Shown: piece by piece, positions 34,644 through 44,419 of the stretch
How the letters are laid out: each line of letters opens with the position of its first letter
How positions within the stretch are numbered: position 1 is the first letter of the stretch
Source of the DNA: Rhodospirillales bacterium
Lineage (GTDB): Bacteria > Pseudomonadota > Alphaproteobacteria > Rhodospirillales > Magnetospirillaceae
Assembly (NCBI GenBank): GCA_014380005.1
Contig: JACMKT010000189.1
Span: 18,523 to 82,522, forward strand
Reading direction: 5' to 3'
DNA length: 64,000 bases
Program-made: the position numbers and the translations under genes
The notes under the pieces: model-generated
What the model saw: the letters and a program-made list of their open reading frames with translations, nothing else
Database searches by the model: none
What the model was told of the DNA's origin: nothing

Positions 34644-36632
34644 GTGAAGGTCTCACCAGCTGCTTTGCTCGTTGCCGCCGGCCTGATGGCCGGTTTGTCC
34701 CAATCCGCTCACGCCCAGAACGTGCCGACCGCCGAGCATAAGCTTCACCAGCAAGTGTTCGCCGCCGTGCATCGCGACCGCTATGGCGAGGCCGAACAGC
34801 TTGCCATGCAGTCCAAGAACCGCCTGCTGGCCAAGCTGGTGCGGTGGATGACCTATACCAACCCGCGTTCGGGCACCAGTTTCGAGGAAATCACCTCGTT
34901 CATGGACAGCTCGCCCGATTGGCCGCTCATGAGCCAGTTGCAGCGCCGCGCCGAGGAGGCCGTCACCGCAGCCACGCCCAATGACCGGGTGCTGGCGTGG
35001 TTCGCCGAGCATGATCCGGTGACGGTGGATGGCGGCATGGCCTATGCCCGCGCCCTGCTGGCCGTCGGACAGCAGGAAAAGGCGGTGCGCCTGATCCGCA
35101 ATACCTGGGGCGATGGCGGTTTCGGCGTCATGCAGGAACGCCAGTTCCTCACCCTGTTCAGCGAATATCTGCGTGCCGAGGACCATTGGCGGCGTCTCGA
35201 CCGCCTGTTGTGGGACAAGCAGGACGGCCCGGCTGGCCGTATGCTGCTGAAGGTCTCAAGCGGCTACCGTGCCGTGGCCCAGGCCCGGCTGGCGTTGCAG
35301 GACGGCAAGTCCAACCCCGAGCCGCTGTTGGCCCAGATTCCCAAGGAATTGCGCGACGATCCCGGCCTGATTTATGACCGTGTGCGTTGGCGCCGGCAGA
35401 AGGATCAGGACGAGGACGCCATCGACCTGCTGTCCCATCCTGCCCGCAACAAGGTACGTCCCGATCTGTGGTGGCAGGAACGTGCCATCCTGGCCCGCCG
35501 CGCCTTGCAGAAGGGCCTGATCTCGCGTGCCTATCAGGTGGCCGCCGATCATTCGCTGGACGTCAAGACCAACCAATACGCCGATGCGGAATTCCTGGCC
35601 GGCTGGGTGGCGCTACGCTTCCTTGATGACCGCGACACCGCCATGACCCATTTTCAGCGCATGTGGGACAACGTCACCACGCCGCTATCCAAGTCTCGGG
35701 CGGCCTATTGGGCGGGCCGCACTGCCGAGGCGCAGAAGGAACCGGTGGCCGCCCGCGAATGGTACACCAAGGGGGCGCGTTACCTCACCGCCTTCTACGG
35801 TCAGATGTCGTCGTCGCGTCTGGAAGAGCACCATTGGCCGCTGCCACCCGATCCTCAGCCCACAGCCGAGGATATCAAGCGCTTCGACAGCCGCGAATTG
35901 ACCCGTGTCATCCGTATCCTGCTGGAGATGGGCGAGACCGAGAATTTGCGCGCTTTCTTCATCCGTCTCAACGACGTGACCCAATCCCCGGGCGAACGCG
36001 CCCTGGTGGGCAAGCTCGCCATGGAAGGTGGCCGCAGCGATCTGGCGGTCACCATTGCCCGGCGCGCCGACCGCGACAGCGTGTTCCTGGTGGGGGCCGG
36101 CTGGCCAGTGCCGCTGCTTGCGGCAGAGGAAGGCCCGGAAAAGGCGCTGGTGCTGGCGCTGATCCGTCAAGAAAGCGGATTCATCAGCGATGTGCAATCG
36201 CCGGTGGGCGCGCGTGGCTTGATGCAGTTGATGCCGGCGACGGCCCAACAATTGGCCAAGGCGTTGAAGGTGAAGTTCAGCCCGCAAAAGCTGGATGATC
36301 CAGATTTCAACGTCCGCCTGGGATCTGCCTATGTCAGTGATTTGCTGGGTGATTTCGAGGGTTCATACATCTTGACCCTGGTGGGCTACAATGCCGGCCC
36401 GGCCCGCGCCCGGCGTTGGATCAAGGAATACGGCGACCCCCGCGACCCCAATGTGGACGTCATCGACTGGATCGAGATGATTCCGTTCACAGAGACCCGC
36501 AACTACGTCCAGCGGGTGATGGAAAGCGTCTCCATCTATCGCCGCAAGTTGGGTAAGGTCACCGGCACCTCGTTCGAACAGGACCTCAAGCGCTGGGCAC
36601 GGCGCCCGCCTGCGGAGACTGCGGTGCAATGA
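34644..36632 (+). CDS. Soluble lytic murein transglycosylase (Slt70-like)
   Basis: Signal peptide, IRQES, GLMQLMPATA, YNAGP, ETRNYV; SD gagggg before GTG. Confidence 0.92.
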   Translation: MKVSPAALLVAAGLMAGLSQSAHAQNVPTAEHKLHQQVFAAVHRDRYGEAEQLAMQSKNRLLAKLVRWMTYTNPRSGTSFEEITSFMDSSPDWPLMSQLQRRAEEAVTAATPNDRVLAWFAEHDPVTVDGGMAYARALLAVGQQEKAVRLIRNTWGDGGFGVMQERQFLTLFSEYLRAEDHWRRLDRLLWDKQDGPAGRMLLKVSSGYRAVAQARLALQDGKSNPEPLLAQIPKELRDDPGLIYDRVRWRRQKDQDEDAIDLLSHPARNKVRPDLWWQERAILARRALQKGLISRAYQVAADHSLDVKTNQYADAEFLAGWVALRFLDDRDTAMTHFQRMWDNVTTPLSKSRAAYWAGRTAEAQKEPVAAREWYTKGARYLTAFYGQMSSSRLEEHHWPLPPDPQPTAEDIKRFDSRELTRVIRILLEMGETENLRAFFIRLNDVTQSPGERALVGKLAMEGGRSDLAVTIARRADRDSVFLVGAGWPVPLLAAEEGPEKALVLALIRQESGFISDVQSPVGARGLMQLMPATAQQLAKALKVKFSPQKLDDPDFNVRLGSAYVSDLLGDFEGSYILTLVGYNAGPARARRWIKEYGDPRDPNVDVIDWIEMIPFTETRNYVQRVMESVSIYRRKLGKVTGTSFEQDLKRWARRPPAETAVQ

Positions 36633-36711
36633 GCGGGCGGCGGAATTTGATCGCGGGTTGAAATCGCCCAAGAACTGAAGGTATCCTCCCCCCTTCAACA
36701 AGGGGGGAGCA

Positions 36712-37314
36712 ATGATCCGTAGAGTGTTGGCACTTGTGCTGGTGGTCGCCCTCGGCGGGTGCGTGCGCACGCGAACCGTGGAGTTCCAGGTCGCCGCGCC
36801 GGAGGTCCAGAGCAACGCCTCGTGGACCCAGTCGGTGGATGTCAGCGTTGTTGTCGCCGACCTCAGATCCGACCAGCTCAAGCTGGGCAAAAGTTATGTC
36901 CGTGGCGTTGGCGGTGGAACGGGCGAGTATAGCGTCCAGACCAGCAAGAATATGGATGCGGCGATCAAGCAGGGCATCGAGGCCGAGTTTCGCTCGCGCG
37001 GCGTGTCCCGCTTCGAAGGTCCCGCCAAACTCTTGGTGAACGTCTCCAAGGCCGAGGGTACCACGTGGGTGGCCCCCTGGAACGTCGACGTGGATGCCGA
37101 CGCCAACCTGGCCGCCAAGGTCATCGGTGCGGATGGCGCAGTGCTGTATGAGCGCACTTTCCGTCGCAGGGAGCCGGGCAAGGGCGAGGTGTGGACCATG
37201 GACACGGTGGAGCAGGGGGCCTATCATCTGCAAAGGGTGATGGCGTCGGTGATCCGCGACATGGTCGACGACGAACGACTGGTCTTGGCTCTCGTGAAGG
37301 CGAGCCGCCGTTGA
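36712..37314 (+). CDS. Hypothetical lipoprotein (YajG-like)
   Basis: Lipobox LGGC, VVVADLR; SD ggag. Confidence 0.65.
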   Translation: MIRRVLALVLVVALGGCVRTRTVEFQVAAPEVQSNASWTQSVDVSVVVADLRSDQLKLGKSYVRGVGGGTGEYSVQTSKNMDAAIKQGIEAEFRSRGVSRFEGPAKLLVNVSKAEGTTWVAPWNVDVDADANLAAKVIGADGAVLYERTFRRREPGKGEVWTMDTVEQGAYHLQRVMASVIRDMVDDERLVLALVKASRR

Positions 37315-37399
37315 GCGCGGAAATTTTCTAGGAATGGGACCCGGAGGGCGCTATTTTTGGCGCCCTCGTTGTTTCATTCGTGACAAAGGTCCTGGTCCC

Positions 37400-39250
37400 A
37401 TGCCGGAATATCGTTCCCGTACCTCCACCCATGGCCGCAACATGGCCGGCGCTCGCGGTCTGTGGCGCGCCACGGGCATGACGGATGCGGATTTCGGCAA
37501 GCCGATCATCGCCATCGCCAATTCCTTCACTCAGTTCGTGCCCGGTCACGTGCATCTGAAGGATTTGGGCCAGATGGTCGCCCGCGAGATCGAGAAGGCG
37601 GGCGGCGTCGCCAAGGAATTCAACACCATCGCCATCGATGACGGCATCGCCATGGGTCATTCCGGCATGCTGTACTCGCTGCCGTCGCGTGAGATCATCG
37701 CCGATTCGGTGGAGTACATGGTCAACGGCCACACCGCCGACGCGTTGGTGTGCATCTCCAACTGCGACAAGATCACCCCCGGCATGCTGATGGCGAGCCT
37801 GCGCCTCAACATCCCGACCATCTTCGTCTCGGGTGGCCCCATGGAGGCCGGCAAGGTCGTCTTCAACGGCGAAACCCATTCGGTCGATCTGATCGATGCC
37901 ATGATCAAGGGTGCCGACAAGAACGTGTCGGACGAGGAAGCCGCCGAGTACGAGCGCTCTAGCTGCCCCACCTGCGGTTCGTGCTCGGGCATGTTCACCG
38001 CCAATTCCATGAACTGCCTGACCGAGGCCCTGGGTCTGTCCTTGCCCGGCAACGGCACCGCCCTGGCGACCCATTCCGACCGCAAGGAGCTGTTCCTGGA
38101 GGCCGGGCGCCGTATCGTCGACATCACCAAGCGCTATTACGAGCAGGGCGACACCAGCGTGTTGCCGCGCTCCGTCGCCAGCCTGAAGGCGTTCGAGAAC
38201 GCCATCTCCCTGGACATCGCCATGGGCGGCTCCACCAACACGGTGCTGCATCTGCTGGCCGCCGCGCAGGAAGCCGGCGTCGAGTTCACCATGGCCGACA
38301 TCGACCGCCTGAGCCGCCGGGTGCCCTGCCTGTGCAAGGTGGCGCCCAATATCGCCGATGTGCATATCGAAGACGTGCATCGTGCCGGCGGCATCATCTC
38401 CATCCTGGGCCAGTTGGACAAAGCCGGCCTGCTGCATGCGGATTGCCCCACCGTGCATGCGCCCACCCTGGGCGCGGCGCTGGATGCTTGGGACATCAGC
38501 CGCACTGAAGACCCCAAGGTGCATCAATTCTACAAGGCCGCCCCCGGCGGCGTGCGCACCACCGAGGCGTTCAGCCAGTCCAAGCGCTGGACCGCGCTGG
38601 ATACCGACCGCGAGGCGGGGATCATCCGTTCGGCGGAACATGCGTTTTCCAAGGATGGCGGCTTGGCCGTGCTGTACGGCAACATCGCTTTGGACGGCTG
38701 CATCGTGAAGACCGCCGGCGTCGATGATAAAAATCTGACCTTCAAAGGCCCGGCAGTGATCTGCGAAAGCCAGGAAGAGGCGGTTGCCAAGATCCTGAGC
38801 GGCGAGGTCAAGGCCGGCGACGTGGTTCTGGTCCGCTACGAAGGCCCCAAGGGCGGCCCAGGCATGCAGGAAATGCTTTATCCCACCAGCTATCTGAAGA
38901 GCATGGGCCTGGGCAAGCAATGCGCGCTGATCACCGATGGCCGCTTCTCCGGCGGCACTTCGGGCCTGTCCATCGGCCACGCCTCGCCGGAAGCGGCGGA
39001 AGGCGGCGCCATCGGTCTGGTGGAGGCGGGGGACACCATCGTCATCGACATTCCCAACCGCATCATCAAGGTGGATATTTCGGACGAAGAACTGGCGAAG
39101 CGCCGTGCTACCATGGAGGCCAAGGGCGCCAAGGCGTGGAAGCCGGTGGACCGTGACCGCCCCGTCAGTCAGGCGCTGCGGGCTTACGCCGCCATGACCA
39201 CCAGTGCGGCCCGTGGCGCGGTGCGCGACGTGTCGCAGTTGGATCGCTAA
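37400..39250 (+). CDS. ilvD: Dihydroxy-acid dehydratase
   Basis: [55 protein letters not shown]. Confidence 0.97.
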   Translation: MPEYRSRTSTHGRNMAGARGLWRATGMTDADFGKPIIAIANSFTQFVPGHVHLKDLGQMVAREIEKAGGVAKEFNTIAIDDGIAMGHSGMLYSLPSREIIADSVEYMVNGHTADALVCISNCDKITPGMLMASLRLNIPTIFVSGGPMEAGKVVFNGETHSVDLIDAMIKGADKNVSDEEAAEYERSSCPTCGSCSGMFTANSMNCLTEALGLSLPGNGTALATHSDRKELFLEAGRRIVDITKRYYEQGDTSVLPRSVASLKAFENAISLDIAMGGSTNTVLHLLAAAQEAGVEFTMADIDRLSRRVPCLCKVAPNIADVHIEDVHRAGGIISILGQLDKAGLLHADCPTVHAPTLGAALDAWDISRTEDPKVHQFYKAAPGGVRTTEAFSQSKRWTALDTDREAGIIRSAEHAFSKDGGLAVLYGNIALDGCIVKTAGVDDKNLTFKGPAVICESQEEAVAKILSGEVKAGDVVLVRYEGPKGGPGMQEMLYPTSYLKSMGLGKQCALITDGRFSGGTSGLSIGHASPEAAEGGAIGLVEAGDTIVIDIPNRIIKVDISDEELAKRRATMEAKGAKAWKPVDRDRPVSQALRAYAAMTTSAARGAVRDVSQLDR

Positions 39251-39263
39251 GCGTTAGGGCAGG

Positions 39264-40124
39264 ATGATGGCGATCATCAGTTGGAGTGAGATGATGAGCG
39301 TTGGCGTCCCGGTCCTGGACGCCGACCATAAGACCCTGATCGGGCTTATCAACAATCTGCACCGCTCGGTAGGCGACGACGAGGAATACGCCACTTTGGG
39401 CAGCGTGCTCAAAGCCCTCGAAGACTACGCCAGCCACCATTTCGCCCGCGAAGAACGGGTGATGGAAACCTGCCGCTATCCCTCGGTGTCCACCCATGGC
39501 CGCATGCACAGTCGGCTGGCCGCCCAGGTGACGGCCCTGAAAGTCAGCTATGACGAGGACCGTACCACCGTGCGGGCCAAGGAATGTCTCGATTTCCTGA
39601 ATAAATGGCTGATCGAGCACATTTGCTCCACCGACATGGATTACCGCTCATGGGTGGTGGGCCATGCCGATGCGGCGGCGGCAGCCGAATCCGTCACCTT
39701 GACCGGCCCGCGCCCCGATGCCGTCAGTCTGGATTGGAAAAGCCTGCGGGTGCTGGTGGTCGATGACAACCAGAACTTCTGCCACGTCATGCGCACCATC
39801 CTGGAAGGCGTCGGCGTCAGCGACATCCGCACCGCCGCCGACGTGGCCGGCGCCAAGCTGGCGCTGCACGGCACCGCATTGGACATGGTGGTGTCCGACT
39901 GGCATGTGGGGGCGGATAGCGGCCTTGATTTGGTCGCCTGGATCCGGCGCCAGCCGCAACTGGAAAACCTGCCGGTGCTCATGCTGTCAGGCCACGAACG
40001 CGTCGCCAATCGCGACGTGGCCCTGAACGCGGGCGCCGATGAGTTCATGGAAAAACCCATCTCCGCCCGCGGTCTATTGATTTGTCTGGCGAAGCTTATG
40101 CGCAAGCGGCGCGAGCAGGGCTAG
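39264..40124 (+). CDS. Bacteriohemerythrin fused to a response-regulator receiver domain
   Basis: LDADHK, HFAREE, HGRMH, WLIEHICSTD, then REC motifs VVDD, SDW, LSG, KP. Confidence 0.88.
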   Translation: MMAIISWSEMMSVGVPVLDADHKTLIGLINNLHRSVGDDEEYATLGSVLKALEDYASHHFAREERVMETCRYPSVSTHGRMHSRLAAQVTALKVSYDEDRTTVRAKECLDFLNKWLIEHICSTDMDYRSWVVGHADAAAAAESVTLTGPRPDAVSLDWKSLRVLVVDDNQNFCHVMRTILEGVGVSDIRTAADVAGAKLALHGTALDMVVSDWHVGADSGLDLVAWIRRQPQLENLPVLMLSGHERVANRDVALNAGADEFMEKPISARGLLICLAKLMRKRREQG

Positions 40125-40148
40125 GTCCCCTTACTTCTCCACGCCCGC

Positions 40149-40931
40149 TTACTTCTCCACAAACGCCTTTTCGATCACATAGTGACCCGGCCCGGCATTG
40201 CTGCCCTGATCGAATCCTTCCGTGTCCAGATGGGCGATCAAATCGGTCATCATTTGCGGGTTGCCGCAGATCATGACGCGGTCGTCTTCGCGGCTCAAAG
40301 CAGGCACGCCCAAATCCGTGAATAGCTTGCCCGACTTCACCAGATCGGTGATGCGGCCCTGGTTCGCATAGGGTTCGCGGGTGACTGTCGGGTAATAGAC
40401 CAGCTTGTGGCGGGCTTCCTCGCCGAAGAATTCGTTCTGGGGCAGGTGGTCGCGGATGAAGTCGCCATAGACCAGATCTGCCACGTGGCGCACGCCATGG
40501 ACCAGCACGACGCGGTCGTAGCGTTCGTAAACCGCAGGGTCCTTGATGATGGACAGGAACGGCGCCAAGCCGGTGCCGGTGGCCAGCATGTAAAGCCGGC
40601 GGCCGGGCAGTAGATTGTCCAGGATCAGGGTGCCGGTGGTCTTCTTGTTGACCAGAATTTTGTCGCCCGGCTTGACGTGCTGCAGGCGAGAGGTCAGGGG
40701 GCCGTTGGGCACCTTGATGGACAGGAACTCAAGATGTTCCTCGTACGACGCGCTGACCATGGAATAGGCGCGCATCAGCGGGCGGCCATCCACCATCAGG
40801 CCGATCATGGCGAACTGGCCGCTGTCGAAGCGGAAGCCGGGGTCGCGGGACAGCTTCAGGGTGAACAAAGAGTCGGTCCAATGATGAACGTCAAGGACCG
40901 TCTTCTCGAGAATGTTGGATGACATGCTCAT
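40149..40931 (-). CDS. fpr: Ferredoxin(flavodoxin)-NADP+ reductase
   Basis: RAYSMVS, GPLTSRL, ATGTGLAPF, MICG, EKAFVEK. Confidence 0.95.
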   Translation of the reverse strand: MSMSSNILEKTVLDVHHWTDSLFTLKLSRDPGFRFDSGQFAMIGLMVDGRPLMRAYSMVSASYEEHLEFLSIKVPNGPLTSRLQHVKPGDKILVNKKTTGTLILDNLLPGRRLYMLATGTGLAPFLSIIKDPAVYERYDRVVLVHGVRHVADLVYGDFIRDHLPQNEFFGEEARHKLVYYPTVTREPYANQGRITDLVKSGKLFTDLGVPALSREDDRVMICGNPQMMTDLIAHLDTEGFDQGSNAGPGHYVIEKAFVEK

Positions 40932-41061
40932 GGGCTCGATTCGCTGATGCAGATACGCGCCCCACCGAGGCGCTAGCAATGTTTTACATATTCTAAATCG
41001 CAATAACAAGCCATATTTTGTAGAACTGGAATAAAGCACACATAAAATATGTTTTATAGCC

Positions 41062-41847
41062 CTATGCCAGTTCGACCCAAATGGGGGTGTGGTCCGAGGC
41101 CTTTTCCTGAGCGCGCGGTCCCTTGTCGATGTCGCAGGCAACTAAACGGTCGGCAGCCTGGGGTGACAGCAGCACATGGTCGATACGTAAACCGTTGTCG
41201 CGTTGCCACGCGCCGGCCTGATAGTCCCAGAAGGTATAGCGCCCGGCTTCTGGATGTAGGGAGCGGAACGCCTCGATCAACCCCAGGTGACACAATTCAC
41301 GGAACAATGCCCGGCTTTCCGGTCGGCACAGGGCGTCCATGGCCCAATTGGCCGGGTCGTAGACGTCGTCATCGGTGGGGCAGACATTGTAATCGCCAGC
41401 CAGCACCACCGGCTGCCCGCTGGCAAGCAACGCCTTGGCGTGGGTGATCAGACGCCGCATCCAGCGCAGCTTGTAATCGTACTTGTCGCCCGGCGTCGGA
41501 TTGCCGTTGGGCAGATAGATGGAGGCAATTCGGAAGCCGGCCACGGTGGCCTCGATATATCGCGCCTGCTCGTCAGGTTGCGTATCAAGGTTGGCCGCTT
41601 CCGGCAGCCCCCGCACCACGTTGGTGATGGGGTGCTTCGCCAGAATGGCGACGCCGTTATAGCTTTTCTGGCCGTGCACGGCGGCGCGATAACCTGCGGC
41701 TTCCAACTCGAACAACGGAAAGCCGTCGTCCTGGCATTTGATCTCTTGCAGCAGCACCACGTCTGGGCTGGCCTGTTTCAGCCAATCCAGTACGTTGGGC
41801 AGGCGGGCTTTGACGGAGTTGACGTTCCAGGAAGCAATGCGGACCAT
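41062..41847 (-). CDS. xthA: Exodeoxyribonuclease III
   Basis: SWNVNS, LQEIK, YNGVAIL, YLPNG, GDYN, RIDH, SDH. Confidence 0.95.
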   Translation of the reverse strand: MVRIASWNVNSVKARLPNVLDWLKQASPDVVLLQEIKCQDDGFPLFELEAAGYRAAVHGQKSYNGVAILAKHPITNVVRGLPEAANLDTQPDEQARYIEATVAGFRIASIYLPNGNPTPGDKYDYKLRWMRRLITHAKALLASGQPVVLAGDYNVCPTDDDVYDPANWAMDALCRPESRALFRELCHLGLIEAFRSLHPEAGRYTFWDYQAGAWQRDNGLRIDHVLLSPQAADRLVACDIDKGPRAQEKASDHTPIWVELA

Positions 41848-41869
41848 GGGGCCTCAGGCGGTGAGGGGA

Positions 41870-42547
41870 ATGATGAGGATGGTTATAGCGGTAAGCCGGC
41901 TCTGCGTCATGGTTGCCCTGTCGGCGCTGGCGGCACCGGCTGATGCCGTCACCTGTCCGTCGCCGGGAAAGGAAATCGCGCAGCCAACCGTGCGCCTTGC
42001 GACGGAACTGCCGGTGCCCACTTACGCCAACAATCTAAACCGCAAGCAATTGGCGGCCATCGGTCACGGCAACACCTTGGATTCTCACCATGCCGGGCTG
42101 ACCCAGACACGGACCGCGTTTTCCGTCAGGCCCAGCCTGAACTTCTTCCGGCTGTCGGACGGCAAGATTTGTGCTCAGGTGACGGAGGTCGAGGCCAGTT
42201 GGCGGGCCACTCAGTTGCATGTGGATATCGCCAGGGAATACCGCGTCGGAACCTGCCCCTATCGTGAGGTCTGGGAGCATGAGAGCCAGCACGTGCAGAT
42301 TGCCAAGGACCAATTCGCCATTGCCGAACAGAAATTGCGCAGCCGTCTGGCCGTTCAAGCCGGCGCCATGCGGCCTTTCATCATCTCCGGCACGCCGGAG
42401 CAAGCGGCCCGCGAGGTGGCTGCGCGCATGATGGCGGCCATGCAGCCGGTGCTGGATGCGTACCGGGTGGATTCGGAACGGGCCAACGCGGCCATCGATA
42501 CCCAGGAAAACTATCGTCGGGTGACGGCGCGCTGTGCAGACTGGTGA
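41870..42547 (+). CDS. Exported hypothetical protein with HEXXH (DUF922-like putative Zn protease)
   Basis: Signal peptide, VWEHESQH, four Cys after the signal peptide. Confidence 0.6.
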   Translation: MMRMVIAVSRLCVMVALSALAAPADAVTCPSPGKEIAQPTVRLATELPVPTYANNLNRKQLAAIGHGNTLDSHHAGLTQTRTAFSVRPSLNFFRLSDGKICAQVTEVEASWRATQLHVDIAREYRVGTCPYREVWEHESQHVQIAKDQFAIAEQKLRSRLAVQAGAMRPFIISGTPEQAAREVAARMMAAMQPVLDAYRVDSERANAAIDTQENYRRVTARCADW

Positions 42548-42575
42548 ACGGGGGCGCTTGACCCCCGCCCAAATC

Positions 42576-42938
42576 TTAGACCGAGAAGCTGCTGCCGCAG
42601 CCGCAGGTCGAACTGGCGTTGGGATTGCGGAACTGGAACGAGGCACCCATGAGGTCCTCGACAAAATCCACTTCCGTGCCGGCCAACACGCCCAGCGAGG
42701 TCTCGTCCACCACCAGCTTGGTGCCGTGTTGCTCGCTGACAACGTCGTCGGCGTTCACGGTGTCGTCCAGGGTGATGCCGTACTGAAAGCCCGAGCAGCC
42801 GCCACCCGAAACGGTAAGGCGCAGCATCAGATTGGGCCGGCCTTCCATCTGGATAAGGGTCTGGACGCGCGCGGCGGCGCTGGCGGTCAGGGCGACGCCA
42901 GTGGCGGGGGTCTCGGTGACAATTGCCGTTTCGGCCAT
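42576..42938 (-). CDS. erpA: A-type Fe-S cluster carrier ErpA
   Basis: GGGCSGFQY, NPNASSTCGCGSSF. Confidence 0.92.
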   Translation of the reverse strand: MAETAIVTETPATGVALTASAAARVQTLIQMEGRPNLMLRLTVSGGGCSGFQYGITLDDTVNADDVVSEQHGTKLVVDETSLGVLAGTEVDFVEDLMGASFQFRNPNASSTCGCGSSFSV

Positions 42939-43088
42939 GGAATCTCCAATCTTCAGGAAGCGTGGCGCGGCGGAATTGTTTGAAGGATACCAAACTTTCC
43001 CCGTCCTGGGGAAGACCGGTCAACCTTGTTGCCGTTTGTACGGGGTGCGCGGTTGCGTTCACGGCACGTGGCGGTTAGTGTCCAAGCC

Positions 43089-44291
43089 ATGACCGCACCT
43101 GTGCTTTCCCGCTCCGCAATCCTTGCGTCCTATGCCTGCCGGGCCGAGGATTCGCGCGGACGTCTGTACCCGGAACCGGAAAGCCAGACGCGCACGCCGT
43201 TCCAGCGCGACCGCGACCGCATCATCCATTCCGCCGCTTTCCGCCGCCTGCAATATAAGACCCAGGTGTTCGTCTACCACGAAGGCGACAATTTCCGCAC
43301 GCGGCTGACCCATTCGCTGGAAGTGTCGCAGATCGCCCGCTCCGTTGCCCGCGTGCTGTGCCTGGACGAAGATATGGCCGAGGCGCTGGCCCTGGCCCAC
43401 GATCTGGGCCACACCCCGTTCGGCCATGCCGGCGAGGATGGGTTGCAGGCGGTGCTGACCAATTTCGGCGGTTTCGACCACAACGCCCAATCCTTGCGCG
43501 TGGTCACCAAGCTGGAACGCCGCTATATGGAGTTCGACGGCCTCAACCTGACCTGGGAAACCCTGGAAGGGCTGGTCAAGCATAACGGCCCGCTGGTTGG
43601 CCCGCTGGCGGTCAAGAAAAACCACGCGCTGCCCGGCGCCATCATCGAATACGTGGCCCGCCATGATCTGGAGCTGGACACCTTCGCCAGCGCCGAGGCT
43701 CAGGTGGCAGCCATGTCCGACGACGTGGCCTATAACAACCACGACATCGATGACGGCCTGCGCGCCGGCCTGTTCACCATCAAGGATCTGGAAGACGTTC
43801 CCCTGGTCGGCCCGGTGCTTCACGCCGTCGCCAAGGAACATCCCGGCGTCGAACTGAGCCTGCAAATCCACGAGACCGTGCGCCGCATGATCGGCATGAT
43901 GATCCTGGACATGATCGGCGAGACCCAGCGCCGTATCGCCGATCTCAAACCGAAAAGCGCCGACGACGTGCGCCGTCTGGGCCAGCCGTTGGTGTCGTTC
44001 TCGGATGAGATGGTTGCCAATGACCGCGCGTTGAAGAAGTTCCTGTTCCCTAACATGTACCGCCACTTCATGGTCAACCGCATGACCTCCAAGGCGCGGC
44101 GCGTGGTCAAGGATTTGTTCACCCTGCTGCACGCCGAGCCCGAATGCCTGCCGCCTGAATGGTATGGGCAATCCGATGGCGCCGGCACCGCCAAGACCGC
44201 CCGTGTGGTGGCCGATTACATTGCTGGAATGACCGACCGATTCGCCTTGGACGAGCATCGCCGGCTGTTCGACATGCAGGAAAAGCCTTAA
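43089..44291 (+). CDS. dgt: Deoxyguanosinetriphosphate triphosphohydrolase
   Basis: FQRDRDRI, KTQVF, RTRLTHSLEV, HDLGHTPFGHAGE, DYIAGMTD. Confidence 0.93.
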   Translation: MTAPVLSRSAILASYACRAEDSRGRLYPEPESQTRTPFQRDRDRIIHSAAFRRLQYKTQVFVYHEGDNFRTRLTHSLEVSQIARSVARVLCLDEDMAEALALAHDLGHTPFGHAGEDGLQAVLTNFGGFDHNAQSLRVVTKLERRYMEFDGLNLTWETLEGLVKHNGPLVGPLAVKKNHALPGAIIEYVARHDLELDTFASAEAQVAAMSDDVAYNNHDIDDGLRAGLFTIKDLEDVPLVGPVLHAVAKEHPGVELSLQIHETVRRMIGMMILDMIGETQRRIADLKPKSADDVRRLGQPLVSFSDEMVANDRALKKFLFPNMYRHFMVNRMTSKARRVVKDLFTLLHAEPECLPPEWYGQSDGAGTAKTARVVADYIAGMTDRFALDEHRRLFDMQEKP

Positions 44292-44419
44292 ATTCACCCT
44301 TGGCCGTCGTCACCTTTTTGCCCTATGCCGGCGCAAAGCGGGGTGACGGTTGAGATGGACATGGCGGGGCGCCGGTGGCACGATCCGGGCCGCTCCGGCG
44401 GACACTGAGAAGAGTTTAA

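Noticed and set aside
44376-44390. TGGCAC-N-GC sigma54-like sequence before argS
   Set aside because: It lacks the TTGC/TGC -12 context and nearby enhancer or IHF sites, and a housekeeping synthetase is an unlikely target.
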